A stretch of DNA of 58,132 bases from positions 1 through 58,132 of IMG/VR virus record IMGVR_UViG_3300008116_000137. One strand, written 5' to 3'. Below are positions 29,925 through 40,116 of this stretch, in pieces (positions within the stretch are counted from its first letter, which is position 1; each line of letters begins with the position of its first letter). This stretch comes from a virus (Duplodnaviria > Caudoviricetes). The notes under the pieces were generated by a model that saw only the letters and a list, made by a program, of their open reading frames with translations, searched no databases and was not told where the DNA came from. Both the position numbers and the translations under genes were made by a program.

Positions 29925-30072
29925 ACTGTCCTCCTTTGACAGAATAAAAAATGCATCGTAAGTTATTGTTTTTATTAGGGTTAAAAATGCATATTTTATA
30001 CATTATTGGTTTTAGAACACCATGCTAACATACTTATAATTAAAATGTCAATAGAATTAACTTTATATGACA

Positions 30073-30085
30073 TAAGTTATTGATT
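30073..30085 (-). promoter_or_regulatory. IHF consensus site (WATCAANNNNTTR); 1-mismatch copy at 29959-29971
   Basis: Reverse complement reads AATCAA-TAAC-TTA, in AT-rich non-coding DNA. Confidence 0.6.
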
Positions 30086-30761
30086 TTATTTGATTTTTGA
30101 TTATTGAAATAATTTTGTTTTTGATGACAAATATTTGAATGTTTTTTAACAAACATAAGCAAACGAATTGACAACATTTTTTGATTTATGGTTAAGGTTG
30201 TGTATACATTTGTTTGCATTCGTTGACATACGTAGTCATTCGAATATATACTAGATTTAGTCTATTAGTTTAGTAGAATAGTATTGTGTAGCCATACGAT
30301 TTTTGGTCGTATGACGACACAGATTTTTGGTGGTCAGACGATTTCACTGTTGCACGGTAAAAATATTTTGTCAAAACTGAAAAAAACTCTTGAACGGTTC
30401 GAAAAATTGATTATACTACAAAAATCGTCAGAGACAAAATCAAGGTGAAACGGTATGTTCGGTGATGTAATCGTAGGATTGTCTTTTGCAATCCCTGTAG
30501 TTTTGGCAATCATATCAATCATCTCGGGAGAATGAAAATGAAAGTCTATGTAGGAATTTATGAACATCGTCATGGTAATGAGGTGCGAGTGTTTGATAGC
30601 TATGACAAGATTGAGGCATGGCGTCAATCTATCGCAGACGAATATTTTGATGGTGAATTTCGTGGAGTAGAAAAGCCTGAAACTATAAACGAAGTAACTG
30701 ACTATTATTGGGATAACATTGAAAATGAATGGTTCAATGTAGAAATCACGGAAGTAGAATA

Positions 30762-31322
30762 ATGAAAGTATTGATTGCGTGTGAATATAGTGGAATCGTC
30801 AGGAATGCATTCCTTGCATTAGGACATGATGCTATGTCATGCGATCTATTGGAAACAGAGACACCTGGACCACATTATCAGGGAGATGTCAAGGATGTAT
30901 TGGACTATCCATGGGATATGATGATAGCACATCCTCCCTGCACTCATCTTTCTGTCAGTGGAGCAAGGCATTTTGAAGCAAAGAAAATGGATGGTAGACA
31001 ACAATCTGCTGTCTCTTTCTTTATGATGCTTGCCAAAGTTGACATTCCAAAGATCGCCATAGAAAATCCTGTATGTATCATGTCTTCACTATGGCGAAAA
31101 CCAGATCAGACTATTCAGCCATGGCAATTCGGGCATGGTGAAACAAAAGCAACATGTCTGTGGTTAAAGGGATTGACACCGCTTGTTCCGACTAATATAG
31201 TCGAAGGAAGAGAACAGAGAATACACAAAATGCCTCCTGGAGAAAACAGGTGGAAGGAACGAAGCAGAACATTCACCGGCATCGCTGATGCTATGGCAAA
31301 TCAATGGGGTAAAGGAGAATAA
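30762..31322 (+). CDS. DNA cytosine methyltransferase-like protein
   Basis: MKVLIACEYSG, SCDL, IAHPPCT (catalytic PC), IENP motifs. Confidence 0.75.
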   Translation: MKVLIACEYSGIVRNAFLALGHDAMSCDLLETETPGPHYQGDVKDVLDYPWDMMIAHPPCTHLSVSGARHFEAKKMDGRQQSAVSFFMMLAKVDIPKIAIENPVCIMSSLWRKPDQTIQPWQFGHGETKATCLWLKGLTPLVPTNIVEGREQRIHKMPPGENRWKERSRTFTGIADAMANQWGKGE

Positions 31323-31971
31323 TATGTCTGGAATAGAATTGATTCTTTCTGATCGTAATGGCGTCTACATTCCAAAGTATTTTGTAGAACAATTTGCTGA
31401 TATGTGGGAAGTAAGCTATGAGGATAGTCAGATTTGTGCTTTAGGTCCAGATGTAGAAGATAATGAGTTTTATTGGGATGCATGGCAGACCATTCTTGAT
31501 AGCGCCATCTATCGTGATGAAGAAGGCAAGGTTTGGCGTTTATGGCAAGATGGCGATCTGTGGGCATATTGTGAAGAACTTATGACGAATGAAGAATATC
31601 TGGATTTTTTCGGTGAAGAAAGAATTGAGGATTGACATGTCATAATGGATATGCGATAACACACCATCAATGGAGGCCACAATGTCTACAGCACAAATCT
31701 GTGAATGTTTTCTCAATACGGACTTCGTGATTGAGTTTGACTATACAGTAACGTCACCTGGATATCCTGCAAGAACTTATGGATTACCAGAAGATTGTTA
31801 TCCTGCTGAAGGCATTGAATATCAGATTGATGATATTCGTCTGTTTCTGGATGGCAGTAATGAACCTCTTGACATTCCTCCGTGGATGCATGGTATTATT
31901 ATGGATGAACTTATTACAAGTCAAAAGGCATATGATGCTGTAAGAGAAAACGAAGATAATGAGGAATGGTG

Positions 31972-32082
31972 ATGAAAAATCCTCTTGCAAAAGAACTGAA
32001 ATCTGGTATGTTCAAACAACGGATCGTTCGTCCTAAAAAGGGCAAGGGGTCTTACACTCGTAAGGAGAAGTATCATGGCTAA
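31972..32082 (+). CDS. arfA: ArfA-like alternative ribosome-rescue peptide (36 aa, not in ORF track)
   Basis: MKNPLAKELKSGMFKQRIVRPKKGKGSYTRKEKYHG contains the ArfA signature F.QR....KKGKGSY.RK; RBS gagga. Confidence 0.75.
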   Translation: MKNPLAKELKSGMFKQRIVRPKKGKGSYTRKEKYHG

Positions 32083-34045
32083 AGCTAAGATCACGGTTCG
32101 TGCTGTTGTCTATGAAACCTATGAGATTGATGTTCCTGATGATATTATGGAACATAATGAGGTTGAGGATTATTTTTTAAATATTGACGATCAAAGTAGA
32201 TATCTGATTGACAAGGACTCATTTTCGTGGGAAATTGATGATATTGAAATCGTGAATGGAGAATAACATGAAACTTGAACAATATCTTCGTGAATGGAAT
32301 GAAGCTTGTGCTTATGCATACGAATGTTTTCCACCTTTTTTTTACGAAATCGACCTGGAATTTGTAGAAACAGTTGCATTTATCGTAATAGTCATCTACA
32401 GTGTGTATAGGTTCAATGAGAACCAGATAGCAAGGAGAAACAAAAATGATCTTCGATGACTATGACTTTGAACACACTGCCAATGTTGTTCTCATGATGA
32501 ATAAGAGCATGTCAGAATATGACAAGGATGGTCTTATTAATTTTATGAAGTCCTTGGCATATCAGCATCTTTATGATAAGAACAGCACATGTTCCACAGG
32601 TGGTTTTGTTCTGTCTTCATTCACGGGTAGTGATGGTGAACGTCATGTGAGAGCATCTGTGTCTTGTTCTCTTGTAGAAGATTATCTCAAGAAAATGAAA
32701 AAGAGGCTTGACACCGTAACCGATCCGGTATAAAAAGGATTATCAACGGAGGATGAAATGACAGCGCAGGGATTTACAGGAAAAACTGTTACTGCAAAAC
32801 AGATCATTCACAAAGCACCATTCGTGCGAGGGTTCAAGGAGGCTCAAAATGGTATTCCCATGGACTATGACGCTTATTATGACTCTGTTCGTGATAGAGA
32901 AAGCTATGAGCGTGGCAGACAATTCGGATGTGTTTATAAAGGCACATTGAAGATTGGAAAGAAAGTGACATATGAAGCACAGTCTGCTTTATATGATGCG
33001 TTCTACAGCAATTCAGTAATCTAAGGAGAAAGAACATGGCAAAGTATCAGAAGGCTATCGATGTTTATGCTCCTGGTGTAGCAGACGCTATTCGTCAGGG
33101 AAAGATTAATCTTCAGAAGGGACAGTGGATCAAGATTGGAGATAACCCAAAGCTTTCACGGTTTCATCATGCGAATGAATACAACATATGTGCATTTCAT
33201 TATCCTCGCCATAACACAGAGTTTGTTTTGTATGCCAGGATCATGAATGAACGAGCAAAAGGAGTCAAGTAATGTATAAAAGGTTCAAGGGCAACCTCAA
33301 ATATATCATGTGGCAAGCACGTAGAATCAAGCCAAATCATGGTATTTTTACAGAAACACATGTGTCTGATGATTGTCAGACATATACAACGACTATCCTT
33401 ATGATTGAACAGAACTGGACGAGGTGGTAAAATGAAATGGATCATTGAATGTCAATTACCCAATATGGGTGATCTTGCCTGGAATGAGACAACAAAGTCA
33501 TGGGAACTTGATGATTTTGAAACATTCAATGATGAAGATAAAATGGTCATTGAACTGCCATATGGTGGTCAATGGTTGCAGGTGTGAAAGTAAACATGTC
33601 TGACTTTCTTTCCAAAGACCCTACAGAAGCCTTGACGCAAATCAAGGACATTTTGTATGAGCGTCTTCGTAGCAGAGAAAACTATGCAGCACAAGACCCT
33701 CTGAAAGATCAGTATTTCAAGGGACTACAAAAAGGTGCAGTAGCAGAGGCAGAATTTTTGAAAAATCTGCTTGACAGGATCGAACGTAGCTGATACATTC
33801 ATATCATAAGAGATGGAGATAACTATGGCTAGTGTCACTGTGAAAATGGTTGAAGCTGTAAATCTTACGATGACCAGAAATCAGGCAGAATTTTTGTATG
33901 ATCTTCTGTGCCGTCGTGTCGCCGGAAAAGGCTTTCATGAAACAGAATATCGTGATATTTTATCGGCATTAGATGATGCTGGTATCTACTGTGAACGTAA
34001 AGACACTGACGAAACTGTCGTCCTTTATAAGTGAGAGGTGAGAAA

Positions 34046-34552
34046 ATGGGAACTCGTGCAGTATATGTCTTCAAGGACGGTCTGGAAGATCATGACCGTC
34101 AGTATTGTGTCTACAGTCATTGGGATAACTATCCAGAAGGAGCGGCAGACTCACTAGTTAATACTCTAGACAAGGCATGGGACTTGCCACGTTATGAGGC
34201 TGATGAGTTTGCTGCATCTTTCATTGCGGCAAATAAAACAAATTCTGGTGATTTTCGTCTGACACATTCACCAGAAGATCATGGCGACCTTGAATATGTC
34301 TATGAAATTTTTCAGGCTAAAAATGGTCAGATGATCGTTCGTGCCTATGGGGTAGATTTCTGGAAGGATGATAAGAAGCGCACAGAATTCTTTTATGGAC
34401 GTATGAAGGATTTTGTGGGTAAGTATGGTGCTGATGACACAAAGAAAAATTGGGATGCAAAAGATAATTCTCCCAACAAACTGCTTGACACGTCAAATGA
34501 TCCAGAGTATAAAGAGTATGTAAGGTTGAAGAACAAGTTCGAAACTGTCTAA
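34046..34552 (+). CDS. Conserved phage hypothetical protein
   Basis: MGTRA..VY.HWD.YP family; RBS gagg. Confidence 0.7.
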   Translation: MGTRAVYVFKDGLEDHDRQYCVYSHWDNYPEGAADSLVNTLDKAWDLPRYEADEFAASFIAANKTNSGDFRLTHSPEDHGDLEYVYEIFQAKNGQMIVRAYGVDFWKDDKKRTEFFYGRMKDFVGKYGADDTKKNWDAKDNSPNKLLDTSNDPEYKEYVRLKNKFETV

Positions 34553-34564
34553 AGGAGAAAAAAT

Positions 34565-34750
34565 ATGAAGCATTATGATATGTCAACTCTAGCTTATATC
34601 GCTGGCGTCAATGCGTTTCACGATTACTTCACTCTTTCTGATAATCCTTTCAAGGAAGATACCATCGAGTATGATGATTGGGAAGCCGGATGGATGGACG
34701 AAGATTATAACGAGAAGGTTAAACTAGATTATTTCAAGAATGTTGCTTGA
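34565..34750 (+). CDS. RMF/CrpP-fold-like small protein
   Basis: AY.AG..A......NPF.......W.AGW pattern. Confidence 0.5.
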   Translation: MKHYDMSTLAYIAGVNAFHDYFTLSDNPFKEDTIEYDDWEAGWMDEDYNEKVKLDYFKNVA

Positions 34751-34800
34751 CACTCTAGTCTAATGTGATAATATAAATCATCAACCACAGGAGATGACAA

Positions 34801-35355
34801 ATGCCTAACTGGTGTGAAAATAATCTTACGGTTTCTCATTCTGATCCTGCTATGGTTCAGAAGTTTGTTGAAGCATGTAAGAGTGATGGGTTGTTCGGAT
34901 ATTTTCTTCCGACTCCTGTTGAACTTACGGAAATGTCATCTCCTGTGTCCTCTCCTGATATTGCCAAGAGCAATATTGAGAAGTATGGTTCATCTGATTG
35001 GTATGATTGGAATGTCAACAATTGGGGAACTAAGTGGGACGTTAGTGAACCAGATCATGAAGTTTCAGAGGACATGGTGACTACATGGTTTGACACTGCA
35101 TGGGGTCCGCCCCTTGGCTTCTATGAGCATCTCAATGGTCTTGGTTATACTGTGGAAGCTATGTATCATGAACCTGGCATGTGTTTTGCTGGCATCTGGA
35201 CGGACGAATATGGCGATGAATATGTAGAGTATGACGTCTCTGATGAGAATTGGGACGAAGGTATGTCAGAGGATTTGAAGGATATGCTCATGCCAGAGTA
35301 TGAGAATTGGTTGGCGTGGCAGGAAGAGGAAAAGGCAACCACAGAAAATGGTTGA
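34801..35355 (+). CDS. DUF1281/YubB-like ferredoxin-like-domain protein
   Basis: MPNWCEN, WYDWNVNNWGTKWDV, FDTAWGPP, Y.EPGM.F.G motifs. Confidence 0.8.
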   Translation: MPNWCENNLTVSHSDPAMVQKFVEACKSDGLFGYFLPTPVELTEMSSPVSSPDIAKSNIEKYGSSDWYDWNVNNWGTKWDVSEPDHEVSEDMVTTWFDTAWGPPLGFYEHLNGLGYTVEAMYHEPGMCFAGIWTDEYGDEYVEYDVSDENWDEGMSEDLKDMLMPEYENWLAWQEEEKATTENG

Positions 35356-36063
35356 GGCTTTTAACTGGACGTTTATATATCTTGGAATTGCGGTAGGGTC
35401 AATCACTCTTGCCGCAATTCTTGTTGGGATATTTTATAAAGAGGATTGATCTTCGATGAAGAAAGTTATATACAAATATAACATGGGCACACCAGAATTT
35501 TGTGTTCCTTTTAAAGTAAAGATGCAAAAAGGAATAGATATTCTTGACATTGACTTTCAGGGAGACTATCTTCACGTATGGGGTCTGGTCAAACCAGATA
35601 ACAAAATGAAAGAACGTGAGTTTGTAATTTATCCTACGGGTGAAATTATCAAGGATTATGATAAGAGACATTATCATCATATCAAAACACTACACACCAA
35701 GAACATTCTTGGTATCGCTATAGTTATTCATGTATTTGAAATAATTGAGTAGAGGTAGAAGATGAATAGGGAAGAACTACTTGCTGCTGGATATAAATTC
35801 TTCGAAGATCATCTTAGTAAATCTAATGGTGGTTATCAGAAGTGTATATACAGTGAAACTGGTAAACGGTATTTCATAAATGTATATTATTATGATTTCT
35901 CTCAGTATAAGATGCCATATCCAGAAGGATATGCTTGTAAACTACAGTTTGAGGTAAATGATGATTATATCAATCTGGAGTTTAATTGTAAAGATTTGAC
36001 AATTGAACAGTTAGAGAGTAAGGTAGAATGGTTGTTTATGACTCTTGGTGCAAAGGACTATGA

Positions 36064-36867
36064 GTGATGAAAATCCAGCTAGTATCAGATATCCATTTGG
36101 AGTTTGGCCATGAGGCCAGCATCGACAATGCTGGTGCGGATGTGCTGGTGCTGGCTGGTGATATCTGTTGCGCCAGACATCTAAAGGTTATCGATGACTT
36201 TACGCCTCTACCTATCGAGCGTAAGAACGCAATAAACTTTTTCAAAGACTGTGCTTCTAAGTTCCAGAATGTGATTTACATCATGGGCAATCATGAACAC
36301 TATAAACACACATTCAATGACACGGCGAATGTTATTCGAGAGTGCTTGGCAGAGCATGTTCCAAGTAATCTTCATTTTCTAGACAACGAGACTATCACCA
36401 TATATGATGTAAAGTTTATTGGTGCTACTCTTTGGACTGACAATAACAAAGGGTGTATTGTCACAGAAGAAAAACTTCGGTTTGGTATGAACGACTTTCG
36501 CCTTATCAAGTATAGAGATTCTGTGGGTAACTACTTCAAGTTTACTCCTTCTATGTCTTTTTATGAACATAGAAGGACACTTGCCTATATCGGCACGCAA
36601 ATCGTGGATGGTCCTTGTGTAGTTGTTACGCATCATCTGCCGTCGTTCAAGAGCATTCATCCTAAGTATGCGGATGAACACTACATGAATGGTGGTTATG
36701 CTTCTGATCTGGAGCATATGATGAATGAGAATGTGAAAATGTGGATACATGGACATACCCATGAACCGTGTAGCTATATGGTGAATAATACCCGTGTTGT
36801 TAGTAATCCTCATGGGTATCCTGGTGAAAGAGCAAACCCTAATCTTGGTCTTGTTTTGGAGGTGTGA
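36064..36867 (+). CDS. Calcineurin-like metallophosphoesterase
   Basis: SDIHLE, LAGD, GNHE, THH, HGHTH, NPHGY motifs. Confidence 0.9.
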   Translation: MMKIQLVSDIHLEFGHEASIDNAGADVLVLAGDICCARHLKVIDDFTPLPIERKNAINFFKDCASKFQNVIYIMGNHEHYKHTFNDTANVIRECLAEHVPSNLHFLDNETITIYDVKFIGATLWTDNNKGCIVTEEKLRFGMNDFRLIKYRDSVGNYFKFTPSMSFYEHRRTLAYIGTQIVDGPCVVVTHHLPSFKSIHPKYADEHYMNGGYASDLEHMMNENVKMWIHGHTHEPCSYMVNNTRVVSNPHGYPGERANPNLGLVLEV

Positions 36868-37349
36868 TATGAAAAGATTTTATCGCATACGACATTGGCA
36901 CAGTAAGTGTGCGACTCGATGGATGAACTTTGGTTGGGGTCCGACTAAGAGAGATATTTCATATCATGAGTCTCTACTAGATGCACACAATCGTCGTCCT
37001 ATTCGGAGAAAGTAAATGAAACTGGCATGGTTATGTTATGATTATGAAGACCGTTCTTATCCTTACACCTACAAGGTTCCGGTAATCTTGTTCGAGGAAC
37101 CGTTACGGTATCTTTATGATAAGGTTGTTCCTATCGTATATGCGGTAATCGAAGAGTGAAAACAGACTTCCATGAGTTCAAGACAGGCGATGTAGTATCT
37201 GTTCTAAAAGATCATCCACATCTTCATCCAATGCTTCTTGTAAGAGAAGAGTGGACAGTATCTATTATGATATCAGATGCTGGTGTGGTTTGTCTGGAGG
37301 AAGTTGGTAACAAAAAAACATTCCCTGTGGAATGGTTCGTGAGGAAATC

Positions 37350-37679
37350 ATGTCCTATAGATCAGAAGAATGGGTAAAAGGAACTGGTGGTTATTCTCAT
37401 GTTCCACAACAAGTTCCTTGGCAGAGCATTCTGAATTGGCAGGTAGAGATGTTTCTCTATTCCTGTTATCTTTATTATGATATGGACAATCCGAAATTGA
37501 CAGATGAGCAGTTTGATAATATAGTTGATCTTATGGAAAGACACTATGATGAACTGCCGGATCGTATCAAGAATGTTTGTGGTAAAGGACAGATAAAAGC
37601 TAATGCTCATTTCTTCGCCAATGATCTCTCTGATGAAGAAAAAGAAAATGCTATTCTTTGGAGAAATAAAGATCAATGA
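37350..37679 (+). CDS. Protein resembling the N-terminal (Ia) subdomain of NAD-dependent DNA ligase
   Basis: YLYYDMDNPKLTDEQFD matches the YY..D.P..SD..YD motif. Confidence 0.55.
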   Translation: MSYRSEEWVKGTGGYSHVPQQVPWQSILNWQVEMFLYSCYLYYDMDNPKLTDEQFDNIVDLMERHYDELPDRIKNVCGKGQIKANAHFFANDLSDEEKENAILWRNKDQ

Positions 37680-37884
37680 TGTCTGATTGGGAAAAAGACT
37701 GTCAACACTGGTGGGGCAGAACACTCATGGGGTATTATGCTCATTGGTGTTTTGACTGGGATTTCCTTCCCATCGATGAAACAACCTCAGAGATGGATTG
37801 TTGTGGGTGTTATGATTTATATTTTGATGATTATAAACGAGGATGGATAAGTATTGATTTTGAACCATGGTATTGGGGAGCGTA

Positions 37885-38046
37885 ATGATTACCGATTATA
37901 TGAGACAGATAGCATATAACGAAGGATGTCAAGCATTTTATGACGATCTTCTTTTCATAAACAATCCATATGAAGGTGGTAGTGATGAGCTATACTACAT
38001 GTGGGATGATGGCTGGTGGGATATGTTTTATGAAAACAAAGAATGA
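37885..38046 (+). CDS. RMF/CrpP-fold-like small protein (53 aa, not in ORF track)
   Basis: MITDYMRQIAYNEGCQAFYDDLLFINNPYEGGSDELYYMWDDGWWDMFYENKE; coupled on both sides. Confidence 0.55.
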   Translation: MITDYMRQIAYNEGCQAFYDDLLFINNPYEGGSDELYYMWDDGWWDMFYENKE

Positions 38047-38230
38047 TTAATATGGAAAGACTAGAAACTGATTTCCAACAGTGCTTTGCTGAATATGGCA
38101 CAGATGATTATGTAGATTGGGGATTTAATATTCGGCAAAAAACATGGGGATACCATCGTATTAGATGGTATTATGATGGTTATTCAATACACGGTAGTAA
38201 AGTTGAACCTGTAGTCTATTGGGGTGCATA

Positions 38231-38392
38231 ATGACAGCATTTGAAGCAATCTCTTGGCTAGAAGCAGCGGCCAGATATTTTGAGAAACGAGATACCAAAG
38301 GTGAAGATGCTGCTTTCTGGGCAAATGTATATAATGCAGAAGCCGCAAGAGACATAGCAGAATTAATCAAAGAACTGGCCGAAAAAAAATAA
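38231..38392 (+). CDS. Hypothetical protein (53 aa, not in ORF track)
   Basis: TAATG coupling; MTAFEAISWLEAAARYFEKRDTKGEDAAFWANVYNAE... Confidence 0.6.
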   Translation: MTAFEAISWLEAAARYFEKRDTKGEDAAFWANVYNAEAARDIAELIKELAEKK

Positions 38393-38402
38393 AATTATTT
38401 TA

Positions 38403-38440
38403 AAGAATGAGATTGACAGTCTCATTCTTTTTTTGTATTG
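38403..38440 (+). terminator. Terminator hairpin overlapping a TTGACA-17-TATTGT promoter
   Basis: aagaatgaga-ttgacag-tctcattctt-T run; loop region carries the -35 hexamer. Confidence 0.7.
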
Positions 38441-38678
38441 TCTCATCATCAACTGATGGAGACGACAATGGATCGCACAAACTGGAGTTTTTCTTCCTAT
38501 ATTGAGGAAATTATTCTTTTGTCAGAAATCATAGAAATTCCTGGTATTATAGAGAAAAGGGTTGAATTGCTGAAAGAAGTCTGGTATAAGTTTCCTTGTG
38601 AGTGTGAAGCCATGGGGCTTCGTGATGGTCTGGCTACCAATTAGCGATGTTTTAACTACCAAACAGCGGAGAAAGACA

Positions 38679-39098
38679 ATGGCTTATATGAACCAGGAAC
38701 GTAAAGCGAAATTTGCTCCTGTCATCAAGGAAATCCTCAAAAAGTATGGAATGAAGGGTTCACTGGCTGTGGACAATTATTCTACTCTTGTTCTTAACAT
38801 CAAGAGTGGACCGATTGATTTTTGGGCTGATATGCGTCATAATCCTTTTTCTGGTAGTCTGGCGGATCGTCATGACAGAGGGCATATGTCTGTCAACGTA
38901 TATTGGGTGGATGAACATTATTCTGGTGTTTCACATCGTTTTCTTCGTGAGGTTATTGATGCCATGAATATTGGCAATCATGACAACAGCGATATCATGA
39001 CAGATTACTTTGATGTGGGATGGTATGTCAATGTAAACATAGGAAAGTGGAATAAACCGTATGTCAACACGAATAAAGTTGTTGACTTGGCTGCGTGA
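38679..39098 (+). CDS. Conserved phage early protein ending in DLAA
   Basis: MAYMNQE.K, D.SD.MTDYFDVGWY..IGKW.KPY family. Confidence 0.75.
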   Translation: MAYMNQERKAKFAPVIKEILKKYGMKGSLAVDNYSTLVLNIKSGPIDFWADMRHNPFSGSLADRHDRGHMSVNVYWVDEHYSGVSHRFLREVIDAMNIGNHDNSDIMTDYFDVGWYVNVNIGKWNKPYVNTNKVVDLAA

Positions 39099-39337
39099 TC
39101 CTGTAGTATGTGAGGACAAACAAGGAGAAACAACATGTCGCTTTCCAATCTGAATGAAATTGATGAGAAGATCAAAGAACTCACGATTGCACTTCGTGAG
39201 GATCATGACTATGCTTATGTCTGTGGTTATATGGAAAGCTTCTTCTCACGAGTTGTTCGTGCGTATGTTCCTGCCAATCGCCATCATGAACTGATTGAAC
39301 TTCTTGATATGCATCTTAACACATCCAAGGAAGGAGA

Positions 39338-39730
39338 ATGAAAATGAACGCACAGGAAATCTTTGATACAGTAGCAACTCATCTGTTCACACAGGGACAG
39401 CAGTCAAGGGATGCATGTTTTGGGAAATGCGCTTATAGGACAAAAACAGGTCTTACATGCGCCGTTGGTTGTCTTATTCAGGACTATTACGTATCTGATA
39501 TGGATTTACTAGATTTTTCTGGTATTGAAACTGTATATCGCAAATTCAGAAAAATACTTCCTGAATGGATTGAGGGTAATATGGAACTTCTTGAATTTTT
39601 ACAGGCTGTTCATGACAATACTACTAATTGGGCAACTGTTGATTTCATGAAAGAGTCATTGACTGAAGTTGCCTTAAAACGTAATTTGGATTATAGTGTT
39701 CTGAATAAATTCGAAAGGTTTGGATCGTGA
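39338..39730 (+). CDS. Paralog family protein, copy 1
   Basis: QEIFDTVATHLFTQG, CAY, CAVGCLI, LQ.VHD. Confidence 0.8.
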   Translation: MKMNAQEIFDTVATHLFTQGQQSRDACFGKCAYRTKTGLTCAVGCLIQDYYVSDMDLLDFSGIETVYRKFRKILPEWIEGNMELLEFLQAVHDNTTNWATVDFMKESLTEVALKRNLDYSVLNKFERFGS

Positions 39731-40116
39731 CACCACAAGAAATCTTTGATACAGTTGCCACTCATCTGTTTACACAGGGACATAGAGCATATGACAATAA
39801 TCTAGAACAATGTGCCTATAAAACACCTGATGGTTCTATGTGCGCTGTTGGATGTTTGATTCAGGATTATTATAAGCCAGAGATGGATAGCAATGCATAC
39901 GGATCAGATATTCAAACCGTTTATGGTGTTTTTAAGAACGATCTCCCAAATTGGGTTAAAGATAGTCTGGGACTTCTGACATCTCTACAAGATGTTCATG
40001 ACGCAGACTGTAGTTGGAATTCTGTTGATACTCTAAAAGCTGCTCTGAAAGAGGTTGCCTTAAAATGTAATTTGGATTATAGTGTTCTGAATAAATTCGA
40101 AAGGTTTGGTTCATGA
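39727..40116 (+). CDS. Paralog family protein, copy 2 (tandem duplicate)
   Basis: Same motifs; near-identical 3' end to copy 1. Confidence 0.8.
   Translation: MTPQEIFDTVATHLFTQGHRAYDNNLEQCAYKTPDGSMCAVGCLIQDYYKPEMDSNAYGSDIQTVYGVFKNDLPNWVKDSLGLLTSLQDVHDADCSWNSVDTLKAALKEVALKCNLDYSVLNKFERFGS

Noticed and set aside
39338-40116. Diversity-generating retroelement TR/VR pair
   Set aside because: No reverse transcriptase in the window; differences are not adenine-specific; both copies are full genes
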